Shown: positions 23,961-38,403, counted from the stretch's first letter. The stretch: 64,000 nucleotides of DNA from Lama guanicoe (GCA_013239625.1 MU056303.1:8736049-8800048); one strand, 5' to 3'. Notes: generated by a model from the letters alone, not told the origin. A program made the numbers and translations.

Positions 23961-24658
23961 AATCAAAGTATTTTCCAAAACTATAGACAGGCCTGTTCTA
24001 CTCTAAACTGAGTTCTCCTTTAGGATAAATACTGGTCATTATTGCATCCCCAAGACTCCAAATTAGTGCTTAGGAAATAGTAACAAATGAATATATGTTT
24101 GCACACTGAATTAATGATCTGACAGGGGGTCATTAAAAAAAAAAGGCAGAGCCTCTGAACCGCAAGCCATAAGCATCTGAGCCTTAGAAAAAAAAGAAAA
24201 AAAAATGGCTGCTGGTCTTTTAAAACCAGAACAAATGTAAAGCCTTAGGGCTCCCTATTCTGTGGTAAGAAGATACCGTGACACAAAGGAAAGAAAGCTG
24301 TTTGCTTTTAAGCTTAGTAATACATTTTTACATAAGAAAGCACAGAGATTTTGTTATCATCTTTCAGGTCCTATATTTACACAAGATTCTACTTTCTTCT
24401 TTTACTATGAGGTTTTACTACCATTATCAGCCAATAATCCCCCTAGCCCTGAATTACTAGCTGTTGTTGAAGACATGTTACGTTGCATTAAGTGCTTTGT
24501 ACCAGAAAGTCCTCTTTCCTCTCATCATGCAGTATCTAAATTTAAAAGCTGCAGCTGATCAGCAGAGATTTATTGGAACCAATCAAACTGATGCACATTT
24601 GCAGACACGGCTGTCGAAACACTCTGCCTTCCAGGTGGAATAAGAATAGATACTGTCT

Positions 24659-24821
24659 GGCGGGGAGGGTATAGCTCCAGGGCTTAGCATGCACGAGGTC
24701 ACGGGTTCAATCCCCAGAACCTCCTCTAAGAAAATAGATAAACCTAATTACCCTCCCCTCCTCCTCCAAAATAAAATAATTAAATAGTACAATTTTTAAA
24801 AAACTACAAAAAAAAAAAAAG
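24659..24821 (+). mobile_element. Camelid tRNA-derived SINE (vic-1 type), with internal deletion in the A-box region
   Basis: ggggagggtatagctc...gcttagcatgcacgaggtc.cgggttcaatcccc (B box), aaacctaattacc tail, poly(A). Confidence 0.85.
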
Positions 24822-24989
24822 ATGTTGTCCATCTTTACAGCTGTGATTCTCCTTCCGTTCCTGTGGTCCACTGCTGACCTCCACTCTCCCCACCCTTCAC
24901 CTGGTATAAAAACTAAAGTTAAGATCCAATATTACGTGTGCTTTGACTTCAAAAAAACAAGAGGGCCTGGATTGACCTATCTAGGAATT

Positions 24990-25410
24990 TTCCTCCCTAT
25001 TCTATTTTCCTAGATAAGGTCCTCTAGTCAAGCACTCATCCTTACCACAGGGACCAGGCGCAGTTTCTGCTTATCCCTGGGTGGTGGGCTTCAGTTCCCC
25101 GCCCACCTGTGGAATTACTCAGACAGGCCAATCACCTACTCCCATGGGAACCAGGGGACACCACATCCACCTGGTACTACTAACCCTACCTCCCACAGCT
25201 CCTGGTTGCTCACGCCACTCCCACGTGCCACCCTTGTGTGTCTGGGCGTGGAATACACGGCACGGGCATCCTCCAACCCTGGGCTGTGAGCCCATGTGGC
25301 ATAAACTCTTGTCAACCCCATCTGTCCAGTCTAGGGTGTTGCGTGTTCAGCCATCCCCACAACACGAGGGGAATAATCTCTGTGTCACCAATGGGGTAAA
25401 TTGGAGGCAA
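24990..25410 (+). mobile_element. ERVL-class solo LTR (MER54/MER73/MER74 group)
   Basis: Clearly homologous to 55550-55968 (gggaccaggc.cagt, ggcttcagttccc, gccatcccca, tcaccaatg); left boundary approximate. Confidence 0.7.
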
Positions 25411-26052
25411 GTAAGTCACTCCAGCACACACACCTCCAGAACCAGTGACATGTCCCTGGCCTTAGGAGGCATTTTGTTTATTTCTGCCTTGATTCATTGT
25501 GAGTTGATCTCACAGTTCAACTCCCACAGGGAAATCTCATTCCTCTTATTTATAATCAGAGGTAGAGAAAAGTTTGTTATGTTTATTTTCATGGGTCTTT
25601 CTATCCATGAAAATCCAGATCTACTGAAAAATCTTCATCATCCTAATTAAACTCAACGCCACCCATTACACTGACTTTCGAGGACATACAGGACCTGTAC
25701 TCTGACATTCTGTGCTCACCCCTCAGTCCCTTCTGGTCTCTGAGCTAATCCTCTTGCTCACTCTAATCAAGCCACACCAGATCTCCATATCCCTTGAATA
25801 TGGCAGGCATATGCTTGCCTTGCCATTTGCTCGGACTCTTCTGCCTGAAATACTCTTTCCTCAGATATGTCCCTGAATGACTAACTACTTCAAGTATTTG
25901 GTCAAAGATGGCCTTCCCAACGAGATGTAACAGACACGCAGTTTTACTGGACGATCTTTTGTATTTCAGCCGATTTTTATTGATATTGGCAAATTGGAAT
26001 GCAGTCTTGGATAGCTGGGCTGTTTATTGGGAGAGTGTATACATACATATAG

Positions 26053-26053
<1 letters not shown>

Positions 26054-26088
<35 letters not shown>
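26054..26088. repeat. (TG)n microsatellite
   Basis: Perfect TG run. Confidence 0.95.
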
Positions 26089-26090
<2 letters not shown>

Positions 26091-28172
26091 CCAGCTTCAG
26101 CATAAACTAGTGACTTATAAATTAAATTATACACACACACATCAGACACTAAAGAAACTGCTTTAAAGAGGCTCACATAAGCTCCTAATGTGAGTAGTTT
26201 TGAAAAAAAAATAGAGCAAGGAGAGAAAGCAGTCCATCTACTCCATGATGATACTCTGAGACCACACATGACAAGTACTAGTAACATGAATTTGTGTAGG
26301 TCATACAGCAGTCTCTTGCCAAAGACCACACAGCGAGTAACAAAATAAGCATGAGAATTTGGTTTTCCATGCACATTGCTCAAGTAGAGACCATTTTTCC
26401 TCCCTGAGAATTTATAATCAAGAACATGAATATCATAAGATAAATGATTAAACAGCACACTACATATGGGAGAAGATGACAGAGGAGAGGCAACATTTTC
26501 ATTGGTTATGTTTTATTTATTTTTTCTGTCCAAGCAAGGATAACTTCTGGTAAGAATAAACTCTGCTTAGAGAGGAAGAAGCAGGCTGAAGACATAAAGG
26601 GAACAGCTGGAATGATTGCCAATGACTTGGATATGAGATGAAGATGCAGAGAGAGAAGCCAGTGAGGAAATGAGAATAGGACACTTAGAAATTGGAACTA
26701 ATTAAAGGTAGAAGGGGCAGGAACTGGAGATGCTAATGGAGGCAAAGTTAACTGGTTATGTGGGTCGTGAGAAGGTCATTTGGAGGAGAGAGAAGACAGA
26801 ACCAGGGGAAGGAAAGATTGATCTGTGGAAATCAAGCCTGCTTTGCACAATACACCCGTGATTCACGAACCCCAACAGAAACGCTGCTGAACGGATCAGG
26901 GACCTGAGCTTCAGGACAACTAGTTAGGTGGACAGAATTTTTAGTGGGCCTTCTACACAAACCTACTTATTTTACTAGTAAGACAGCTGGGGTCAACAAA
27001 GCCAAGTTACTTAAAAAAAAAAAAAGCCAGTATCACTTAATGCCAAAGCAGGAAATAAAGTCGGTTCTGTCTCTCAATCAAATGCTTTTTTTTTTTCTGT
27101 TACAAACCTTTGCTCCAGTTATAGCATTTCTCATGGGTTAATTTAGGCAGAAATGGACCAGGGCCAGGGCCAGAGATCTGTCAGCGTAGACTGTGAGAAG
27201 TTGGCATCCCCCCCACAGTGTGATAAATAAAAGATTTGAGGGCCTTGTGTCTGGAGGTAAGGCTCATGGGAGGAAGCACACTTGACACTTCAGAAGCTCA
27301 TCTTACAAAACAGATTTTTCCAAAGCCATCTGTTGCCACTATTTCTGGCTGGGAAAGAGGGCTATGTTTGCACACAAGAGGATGTGGTTTGCACCAGATT
27401 ACCAAGTGAGTCATGATAACTTTATACTTTTCTTTCTCCTGTCTTGTTAATGCTTGATCTCAGTGAACTGTGTTCCACTCATGTCCTCTCTAAAAGCCCC
27501 ACGTGCATATTAATCATGGGCCTCTGCTCCTTACCGTGGTTTTAGCTTGGTTTCAGCCTGTTAATGTCTACTTTGGGAAACTTCAGATGGCATTTTGAGC
27601 AAACAAGGTCTTCAAGATCAGAATGATACACTCAGGAGATATCAGGTAGGTAATATGAGCTCAGGCTACCCAGAAACCTGAGTTTTATTCTGTTCCAGCC
27701 TAATGAACTGTGGTGTCGCTCCTGTAAACCCAGCTCTTGAAATGAAGATCTCTACTGGTTCAGAAAGGACCCTGGGCCTGGAACAAAAGCTGCTATTCAG
27801 TTGCCCAGGATTCATCTTGGCAAAATCAGAAAGATAATGCAAATAAAAACATCCATTTAAGACCCTAATGAGGTATTTCAGCAACAGCCTAAACCATCGA
27901 GTAGAAATAGAGAGCTCTTCTAGGTGTTTTTCAATATTCTCTGAGAAATACGCGATTGTTTTTAGATATTAAGAGTCGTTTCTACCAAAAGAGGTGGGGT
28001 AGGGGTGGTCACTGACTGCACCAGTTAAGCTATGACAGGCAGGCTTTCTTTACTGAAAGACTTATCAGAAACTTTAATAAGTTACTCTCCTTGGTGACAT
28101 GCCGAGACGCTGTATAGAACTGCCTGAAGATACTTAATCATTAAAGTATTTTTGGTGGAAGGATAATTACCT

Positions 28173-28632
28173 TTGTTTCAGTTATCTATCACTGCGTAAC
28201 ATACAATCTGACACGCTTTAACACTTATAAAACAACCATAGATGAGTACTGTTATCCCTCATATTTCTGGAATTTGCGTGGGTTAGCAGTTTCTGCTTGA
28301 ACCACCTGACAGTGGCTGGCTCTTGAAACTCCTAAAGGCACCCTCTCTCACATGTTTTGAGGTCGGCACTGGTTGTTGCATGGGACCCAAGTCAGGCCTC
28401 AGCGGGACCACTCTCTGGACTCTCTCCCTCAGAGCACTGCCTCTCAGTTCCAAGAACAAGCGTCCCGAGAGAGGCCCAGGTGGAAGTTCAAAAACCAAGC
28501 CTTAAAAACCATGCGGAATCATTTTCACCACGTTCTATTCATTAGAAGCAAGTCACTAAGGGGAGGGAAATTAGACTCCTTTTCATGGAAGGAAGGTCAA
28601 AGAATCTGAGGACATATTTTAAAACCATCCTG
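28173..28632 (-). mobile_element. MaLR LTR (MLT1F/H-like)
   Basis: tgtttcagttatctatcactgcgtaac start and gacatattttaaaaccat end, typical of antisense MLT1. Confidence 0.7.
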
Positions 28633-29632
28633 TTATTTCAAGTCACGTTTCTCAGAATATGGTTTGGGAAGCCCTCTTTCAGATATTTTGTGAACTAGTT
28701 TTAATAAGAGTCCAAAACCTAGAGCATTATAATACTGATACTTCACATATCAGTCTTATTAACTGTTATAACTAAATGAGTCTGAAAAGGGGGGAAATAA
28801 CACATACTTAGGAGATATATTACACCCTGTAACCTACACAGAGAGAATGAATGTGAAGAGCTACTTCCCTGTAGGCTGATTTGAAGTTTCCCATGAGCTG
28901 ATCAAACCTGAGCATACACTTGGACTCCTTCTTGTGCTCTGATCCCACATCTAGGGTGCCCATACTTGCCTGGGACAGCCCTAGTTTACTCCTGTTGTCC
29001 CAGCCTAAGCATTGGTAGCACCACCTTTCAGTCTCAGATATGATCTTGATTTGAATGATAAAGCACATAGCAATTTGCCTATATCCAAACCCTCACTCTG
29101 GTACTTGCAAGACTTTCTGTGCACCTGTAGCTTTTATATCATGTTCATCCTCCCTTCTCAAATCCATTACCATGCCTGGACTTCTGTAACGTTCCGATTC
29201 CCTGAAGTCTAAGTTTTCTCTCCTATGGAACATTTTGTGTTTCTCATTTAGACTGATATTTCTAAAACATCACTTTCATGTTTTCTGTAGTCTTTACCAA
29301 CTTCCCCTGCCTCTGGCTACCCCAGCCCTTCACAGTTTTACCAGTGTTCCCACAAATAGGTTCAATCCATCCCAGCACCTGCGCCAATGCTAAATAGCAC
29401 AGGATGTAAGATGTAAACTACACCCAGTAAATCTTATTAGCAGGAATCGTTGCCCTTTATAGACTCAGAAATAAGCGGCCCAGTCACACCGGTTAGATTA
29501 CTGCTCTATTCTCTGAGGCCGGAGCTTTGTGTTTCCAGGGAAGAGTTCTGCATCCAAGTTGTACAACTGATACAGCTCCTCCCCAGCCTAACCCAATGGT
29601 GGCCTAGACCACTGTCCTGTGTCTCTGATCTG

Positions 29633-29666
29633 GGTGTGTGTGTGTGTGTGTGTGCATGTGTGTGTG
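29633..29666. repeat. Interrupted (TG)n microsatellite
   Basis: gtgtgtg...gcatgtgtgtg. Confidence 0.9.
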
Positions 29667-30435
29667 GAGAGCGAGACATCCAGATGTCTGCCTATCACAG
29701 TTCCACCTTAAGACTTGAGCTCTCTTCTAGACCTAAGTCAGTGTGAAGAGTCTTGCCATCCATGAAGAATTCTCATAAATAACAACTACCTTACTTTCCC
29801 GCTAAAATCTAAAAACTAAACTTTGCTTGAATTCCCTACTATTTTGATCTGAATACCTGATTCACTGACCACCTAAATTGTTCACCAAATCATATAGTGT
29901 CTCCTCTACTCATCTGCATCTCTAGAGTCAGGCTTGCAGCCAAGTCACTTTCCTGAGCATCTTTTTTGCCATAAGTCCCCACAAACAGACCATGTTCCAT
30001 ACCTAAATCTGTAGAGACAACACTGTTATCTCATTGCTCAGCCTTTATTTCCTATAATTCCTAAAGAAAATCCCTTCTATCCAAGCTAGTACAACAGTCC
30101 TTTTCTCACATATAAGTAAAGTCTTAAAAAAAAAAGGTCCCACTCAGAGTAGCAGAGAGTAGAAATGGTAGTAACCAGAGGATGGGGGAGGTGGCAAGGG
30201 AAAAGAAGAGATATTGATCAAAGGGTACAAACTGACTTCGTATTAGGGAATAAAGTAAAAATTTTTAATTTTCAAAAATGAGGTTTTGTATGGATCATAT
30301 TTTCAGACCACAGCATAATTAATTCAGAAGTTGATAAGGAAATAAAAAATTAAATACCCCTTATGATTGGGAATTTTAGAACATACTTCTACATACCTGA
30401 AGTTCAAACAAATTCAAATATAAAGAGAAGTTAGA

Positions 30436-30621
30436 ATAGATAAACAAGATTACACTGTATAGCACAGGGAAATATACACAAAATGTTATGATAACTCACA
30501 GAGAAAAAAATGTGACAATGAGTGTGTATATGTCCATGAATGACTGAAAAATTGTGCTGAACACTGGAATTTGACACAACATTGTAAAATGATTATAAAT
30601 CAAAAAATGTTAAAAAAAATT
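30436..30621 (+). mobile_element. Young L1 3' end
   Basis: ctgtatagcacagggaaatatac... A tail, 13-bp TSD aagagaagttaga (30423-30435 / 30622-30634). Confidence 0.9.
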
Positions 30622-30678
30622 AAGAGAAGTTAGAGAATTCTTAGAACTGAATGATAATAGAACTACCCAGCTCCCACG

Positions 30679-30732
30679 GACCATGTTCTCTAGAAGACCA
30701 TGTTCTCTAGAAGACCATGTTCTCTAGAAGAC
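30679..30732. repeat. 17-bp minisatellite x3 (gaccatgttctctagaa)
   Basis: Three perfect units plus gac. Confidence 0.97.
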
Positions 30733-31649
30733 TAAATTCGTAAGCACAGGAAGAGAGTTACATCCCACTTGGAATCATTAAAGTTGGCCTAAAAGAGGGG
30801 ATGGCAAGTAGCCAAGGAACGTTGAGGACATCCTCTCATAACCAAAGCAGGAAATGGTTGGACGCCCTCAAACCTCCAGCTCAACTAAATGGAAGAGAGC
30901 AGATGGATGACAGCCTATGGGTCACATCCATCGCAGTTGGGAGTAAAGAAGTTTGAATATGTTTTCCTTGAAGATAAGCTCTGAAGAGGGGAGAAAAAGA
31001 CTGAGGAGAGAGTACTGAAATGTAGGGAATGACTGGAACGGAATATTGGTAATGAAGGCAAAATATTACAGAAAGGAGAGGATGGAAATACTAAAGATAA
31101 AAGCATCAACTTTACAGTTTTGTAGTAGGATTTACTTCCTTTCAAAGTCTAGGTCAGTGATTTTTTTTTTTAATCTTCTTTGGTTCATAAAACCCTTAGA
31201 AAATTAAAGGAAATCTTTGGACTTTACCTCAGGTAAATGCAAAAAACAAAAAACAAAAACAAAATTCTGCATAGATTTTCATGAAATTATTAAGAATAAA
31301 CAAACAAACAAACCCATTTATAGATTCGCCCTCAAAGTCAGTGTTCTAGAATGTACACTGATTCCTGATATCAAAGGTAAGCTGTAATAATGTTGGCAAG
31401 GAGGTTGTTCCAACTCTGCTGTAACTGCCCTCATTACCCCCTCAAACTAACCATCCAGGAAAGAGTGAGGTTTTGCCTCTAACAATCCTCCAACACCTAT
31501 GTTCTTTGTCAGGAAGACCCAGCTAGGGAGCTGGTTCTGGAACATTTCACCCATTTCCTAGAACACTATCTTCCTAAATTGCACTTACTGTTACTTTTCA
31601 AAGCCTGAGAAATTCACTAGGGATGGTGAGGAAGCTGAGAAAGTGAAGT

Positions 31650-31790
31650 AGACTTTGACTTGAGGATCTGGGTTCTGGCCTCGAGTCAACAGACTATGTG
31701 ACTTTAGGCAACTCACTTACCCTCTCTACACCTCAGTTCTCTCAACTGTAAAATAATAGAGCCAGATAAGATGATTTTTAATCTTCCTCT
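31650..31790 (+). mobile_element. MIR
   Basis: ctatgtgactttaggcaactcacttaccctctctacacctcagtt.tctcaactgtaaaat. Confidence 0.7.
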
Positions 31791-34700
31791 CTTCAGTGTG
31801 GATGCCTTCAGGAGAAGGTGAGACCTGGGTTCAGAGGATCTGGTAGGATTAATAAACAGGGGAGAAAGTCAAGGGCTTTTGGTGAACCTTAGTAAGTCTC
31901 CAAAATGTGTTAAAAACTGGCTTTAAAATTTTCTATAAAGAAACAAGACATATGAAGTTAATTTTATTTAACAAGTTTGGGTGTGTTATTTTGGAGCAGG
32001 AATGCTTTCCATTTCTAATACTACATGGAACATCTACTGAAAATAGATGAGTCAGCAAGAATGTTTTCTTCATCCTATTCTCCTTGTAAGGCCATACTCT
32101 CAGATAAGTCACATCAATCCAGAGACATTTCCGTTTTGTAGGGATCATCTCAGTGTGCCCCACTGGAGAATTCTGGGCTCCTTTCTCTCACTTTTCTGAA
32201 TTTAACTCTTTATGCTTCCATAAAACAATAGAAACATACACTTGTGACTATTAAGGTAATTTAAAAATCATAACGTTTTACTACTTCTTTGAAAATTTCA
32301 TGTATGTGTAGGATTTATATAATATATGCAACCGCATGTTAATATATTCACATATATTTATATACATAAATGTAAAAATATATATTAATACATTCACCTC
32401 TATATCTTCACTTAAAATATGCCACTTTCCTGAACAGATACAAAGATGGAGCAAAACTCCTTTCCTAGCACTGAGGAGCTTATAATCCGTCACGGAACTC
32501 AAATCTTTCCTAAACTGCCCTATATTGTCTAATATTACTTTAAATCGTATCTCAATATAATAAAACCTTCCATTTATTTAGCTATTTATCATTTTACAAA
32601 GTGTTGTTATTACCTTGTCTTCATTTAATTTGACTTAAATTTGGGATTTAAGTCAATTTGAGATAAGTGTGTGGCAGTGAATTCTGAACTTCGCCTTGTC
32701 TCTATAGGCTAAAAGAGAAAACACAAGTCAAAGAAAACGTTTCTGTAGGGTTTTTTCTTTCTTTTCCTTTTTTTTTTCTTATTTCTTCCCTGGCAAATAT
32801 TCCACACATCACATATGAGTCTAAGAAATCAAATATCAAACTATCAATTTAAAAACTCTTGAAGATTTAAATCAAGTCTTCATATTCTAAGGTTTCTTAG
32901 AGTATGTTTCTGATTTTACACATTACTGGTGTAAGCGTTGCCCACACCAGCATATTCATTTACAGCAAATGACTGTATTGGAAAATAATTCTTCTTGCCA
33001 TGAAGAATGGAGACTATCCCATTTACCCACTAAGTGCTCTAGGAGGGCATACACAGCATGCTGGCAATGAAAACAGAAAAACTGGATTTTGTTGACACGC
33101 CCACATTTTTAGTCATGGTGCTAGAGCCAGCGCCAGCCAAACTAATGAAAAGGCAGTATGAAACCCACCAAAAGTCAGCAAAGATCAGTGCTTGATTCTG
33201 AGACAATCCAGCTCCAAAATAAAATGGAAAGTGCTGGAATTTTATAATTTTTTTTAAAAAGTGACTTTGAGGCTTAAAGAGGAAATTTATGAAATTGGAA
33301 GTTAGTTTCCCTAAAATTTATGTTTCCATAATTCTTGGCTCAGAGTCCTATTAAATGTCTACATTTTGTTCAGTGGTTCTTTGAGCACCACTTCCAATTG
33401 GATTTCAAACACCAAATGGTTCCATAAAGCTCTGCTGGTCTTGAATCAATATTTCTCTTTATTAACTGATTATTATTATTACTGGTAATACTCATGTAGT
33501 AAAATTGCTCAAATTTTATAAGTGAGCTAATCTCATGATATTTTTGGAAGAACACCCAGAATGAACATTAAGCTAAATATGTACGGCTTGCCAATTGCAA
33601 AGAAAAAGATGGGCTATAAAAAACACAAGGTGGTACTATTGGATAGAAATGTGTGCAATTCTTGTATTAATCTTGTTGCTTACTGAAGATGCCACAGTAA
33701 TGTCTAGGCTTAGGAAAAAAATACATAAATAAGCAAAGATTGCTTTTGCAACCTTTCAGCTCTGTTGTTAGCAATTGTCCCACCAGCCATTTTATATTTG
33801 GGGTGGTGTTTTGCATTATGCCTCAAGAACTTTGTGAATGTCTTTGTAAATTTTAGTGAATATTATTGATCACCTACTATATGTGGGCAAGTTCTAGGGA
33901 CTATAGATGAAACAGAGATTAATGGGATATAATTTCTGCTATTACTTAACATTACAACCTAAGATATAAAATAAGACAAATTTAAAAATACACTAAAGGT
34001 GGAATGCAATTGTTATTGTAAAAGAGAGTCATGCCACACTAGATATTTGATTTGGTTAGTTCTTGGGCAATAGTTGCATGTCAGATTACAATAAATCCAT
34101 TCTTTTTTTTCCAATAAATGCAGTGCCATCAAATCAGATTATTCCTAGTAACTCATTTCATACTTATAATAATTACAAAATATTTATACTATTCACAAAA
34201 ATAAATGGCAACGAAGAAACATGTATGTCTATTTAGGAGAGTTTTTTTTTGCTACATAGGCGAGACTGATTAAATGCTTTTTAAATATGAATCTAATACA
34301 TTTAGACATTTAGACTAAATATGATTGAGTAGGTGGCTGAGTGAAATTGAAGTGCCAATATTACATAGTTCATAATGTCATTAATAAAATAAGCAGACTG
34401 GAGAAAAAGTGCTTGAGAGAAATATAACAAACTCAATATTAAACGTAAGTTTGGTTGGAGTAACCATCAAACAATTGAAAATGCAAAAATAGGACTCAAA
34501 AGCCTGGCAATGAACAAATTTGAGAGTTATGTACATGTTAGCATTTGTGAGAATGGCTAATAATCTTAAGGGAGAAATTCCAAAACGAAAAGATGGCTGT
34601 GGAATGGATTTAGTGTAAGACTGTATTGGAAGACAAGAGAGAAAAGGGAGTCAGTGGAAAGAGTGTGAGATGAAAGACAGGAGTGAGGACAGTGATTGTC

Positions 34701-35749
34701 ACAGAGGCCAAAGAAGATGCTTGTGCCACAAAGAGGAAATGCAACTGAGGAGTCACAGAAAATGGGGCAAAGAGAAGTAATGAGAGGTTAAATATTGAAA
34801 GGGGAGTGAGGAAAAACTACTCACTTAAGAGATTTGGGATCCAAGAAAGAGGGTGATATCACAGGGCTATAAGGTAGAATCAGTTAAAGGATGATGAGGT
34901 TGATCAGACCTGAACGTGACTAAAGGCAACAAATCAATGAATAGGGAGGAAGAGGCTGGGCAGAAAGGGTATAATGACCTAGTGGGCTTCCTTGGAGCAG
35001 GAGAAGATGGGATTCAGTCAAGTTAACCTTGAGGAGAAATTTTAGGAGCAAAGAGAGAGAGGGAAGATGAAAGTTCAAGGAAATACCCAGATAAAATGCA
35101 AAAATGTTAAGGGGACCTCCCACTGGATGGACCCAATCATTCTTGATAATAGAGAGAAATGAAGGAGAAGCAGAGATTTGAGGCAAGTGGAAAAAGTATG
35201 AGGCAGCCATTCTAGATAACGCAACAAAGAGACCTCACAGGTTCAGCACAAGAATTATGGGACATCACTGAGGCACAGACTGACGCTGAATATTTCAACA
35301 CGATCGGCATATTTGCAATACTGCTCACACTGGGGGTTGTCAGGAAAAATAAAGAAAGTAAGCAATGCGAACTCTCCTATGTTGAGCTGTGGTAAGGTTC
35401 AGTAGCAGAAGTTTACAGTATACTTTCCCATAAGTTATTCTATTTTCTGCTCTAGTAAAAACCAAAGGGCAAGTATTATCATTTCCACTTTACACATTGG
35501 TGTGTACTAACAATTATTTTTCCTCTTATTAACCTTAACATAAATGTTTAATAAATTTCAACCCTGTACATTTTTGAAGAAAAACATTACTATCAGAATA
35601 CTGTTTATAAAAAAAATTTTTTTTAAAATACCATTTAATAAAGAGGCTCCATCCTATAGACCATATCTTCCAGATACTTCAGAAATCCTAACATTTAGGG
35701 TATACCTCTTAGAGTGCTTTTTGTTACACAGAAGTAGCATTGAACAATT

Positions 35750-36620
35750 TTTCAGACTAGGTCTCATTTTATGGCTTATTACACAGGATAACTGGGTAGA
35801 GAAGGGTTAGCTACACATGAAAAGACTGAGCTATTCAAAGAAACAAGTTGAGCTGAGACATCAACAAAGAGCTCTCAAAGAAACATATATACTATGATAC
35901 AAGAAAAAAATGTTAGCAAATATTTCACATTTGTTCATCAAGGTACCTGAGAAAATATAACATCTTGAAACTAGGCCAGGTCTTTATGAGAGAGGAATAA
36001 AGCTCAAAAAGGGAACATTCTAAGGATGAAAAACATCAGCTTCACTGAAGTACAGCGGGGGCAGAATACATTAAATTGGATACGAAAGGGAATCAGCAAA
36101 GAAGCTTGAGAAATTGTCCTGAATTCAGAGGAAATGGGTTTACACAGAAAAAACAATAATAAAGAGGAACAAAGAACTCGTTATCTGATGCAAAACGAAT
36201 ATAATAGAAAATTGCAATGAATGTAACAAAAAAAGGGCACAGATATTTACCACAGAATTATTTATAATAGTTATAAATGGAAGCATAAATGCTCCTTATT
36301 AAAATATTAATTGAAATGTATAGTAGCAACATAATGGAATACCACAAAAATATTTAAATGGCATTACAGAAGACATATAATACACAACATGGTATAATAT
36401 GCACATTGTATTGTTAAATTAGAAATAAAATTATAAAATAGCTTTGTGTAAGCAAAATTTTATTAAAATTGTTATCTATTCCAAGGAAAAAAAAATGGAA
36501 ATACAACAAACTGTTAGTAGTGGGTCATTACAGATGGATGGAACTACGATAAAAGTTTTTCTTTTCTTTTCTATTTTCCTTACTTTTTATTTGCTTCCAA
36601 ATTGTCTGTTCTGTGCTTTT
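35750..36620 (+). mobile_element. Highly diverged L1ME-like fragments and 3' end
   Basis: A-rich; cagaattatttataatag...ataatggaatacca pattern of old L1 3' regions. Confidence 0.5.
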
Positions 36621-38240
36621 AATTAAAACCATGTGAGCTTTTCTTTTTTTCTTTTAAGAGTATAATTCTGAGAGTGAAGCAACTGAAATAAAAATCAAAT
36701 TATTTTCTGAAGACTCTGAATGGGAAAGACAAGTCCTCTTACTTCTGTCTGGTTCTCCCAGGATATTTAGGGCCATTACAGCCAGAAAGTGCCACCTCAG
36801 TAATTGTCAGGTATTAAATTAGAGATGTATGTAATGGTCTCACAGTTGGAACTGAAGGCAGAATGTGCGAGGGTGATTGGCTCTAATATAGTTTGTTACT
36901 GAACCATCCTGGAAGTATGTAGCTTTTTACTTTCAAATTGAGTAACGGAATATTACGGAACAGATGTCTATTTGCAGTGGGAAAAGAGCACATGATTATG
37001 ATAAGTGCATAGAAATAAAAAAAATAACCACATTACAGGCTCTGCTCATTCCCTCAGTCCCTTGATCCCAAGCAAATTCATCTAAAACGTTCAAATCCTA
37101 AAAATCTTAGGAAAAGATTTGTCCTGTGATCTTTGAAATCCATCATCTGATGTCCAACTGACTTGCCAAAAATATGTTCCTTTGAGTTTTTGCCTCCTGG
37201 GCAAACAAACTTAACTGTGCTATAACTTCCTCACAATTCTGAGAATGTTTAATGTGCTTTTAATAACAACTTCTAAGAAAAATATTGACTCTCTGGCTTT
37301 CAAAGTTTAGTCCAAAGACAGAGCCATTCAATGAGAAATATTTTTAGCCAGAATTACCATTTAGCATCTTTTAAAATGGTGGCTGAACATTTAAAATAAG
37401 GGATTCTTGAGATCAACTGGAAAAGAAACTCAGATGTTATCCAAAGATATTATGAAAATGAAAAAAAATAATTGACTGGAATGAATACTAACATTTTTTC
37501 CATATGTTAAAAAAAACCTTTCTGTTAAAAGCAAGCAGTTAGAAATTCAATTGTACTTAAACCATACTACTTCTGTTGGATGTACTAATCAATTAAATAC
37601 ACGTTTGAGGGCTGTGTGTGAGGCACTGTTAGCGTGCTATGAGATAATTCAAAGAAGAAAAGTCCAAATGTCTACCCTTAGGGACTTTCAACATAACTGA
37701 GACATTAAGATGCAAATACAGATCCAAAGTTCGCTGACAATGCAGAGTGTACATGTATAGTGTAGTGTATGTTAAGGGTCAGAAGAATTAAATAGGCTCT
37801 CAATGCTCTAAGAAATCTGGGAAAGATCATTTTGCTCTTGAGGGTCAAGAAAGGCTTTCTGGTTCAAGTCCAAAGTAAACTAGGTGGTAGCTCATAGGTA
37901 GGAATGAGGAAACTGTGTGGACTGGGTGAAACAGAGGGTTCACAGGGCAAACTGGATGAAAATGAGCCTTGAAGATTGATGATCGTGAAAGTTACTGAGA
38001 CTACCCAACTAGATCATTTTAACTTTTGCCCACAGATGCTGAGTAATGGAGGATGCTGTTGGAGCAAGGACGTGGTATATAATAAAGCAGTGAACACCCT
38101 TTNNNNNNNNNNNNNNNNNNNNNNNNNNNNNNNNNNNNNNNNNNNNNNNNNNNNNNNNNNNNNNNNNNNNNNNNNNNNNNNNNNNNNNNNNNNNNNNNNN
38201 NNNNNNNNNNNNNNNNNNNNNNNNNNNNNNNNNNNNNNNN

Positions 38241-38330
38241 GGTCCAGGTCACAGACTACTTGTATCCCAGCATGGTGGAAGGGCTGAGCAAGCTCTCTGG
38301 GGCCTCCCTCATAAAGGCACGAATTCACCA
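38241..38330 (-). mobile_element. MLT1A/B-like LTR fragment next to an N run
   Basis: catggtggaaggg...agctctctggggcctc...ataaaggcac. Confidence 0.55.
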
Positions 38331-38403
38331 GGTATGGAATACTGTTAGAATCCCTGGAGTTGCACGGTTACCTCATGCAATCTTAATTTTTTTACACCAA
38401 ACC

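Noticed and set aside
24659-24725. tRNA-like sequence
   Set aside because: SINE head with a deleted A-box/D-arm region and a SINE tail, not a tRNA gene.
25081-25650. 189-aa ORF
   Set aside because: Lies largely in an ERVL-class LTR, starts at GTG, and has no recognisable domain.
30679-30732. CRISPR-like direct repeats
   Set aside because: No spacers and a mammalian context; a minisatellite.
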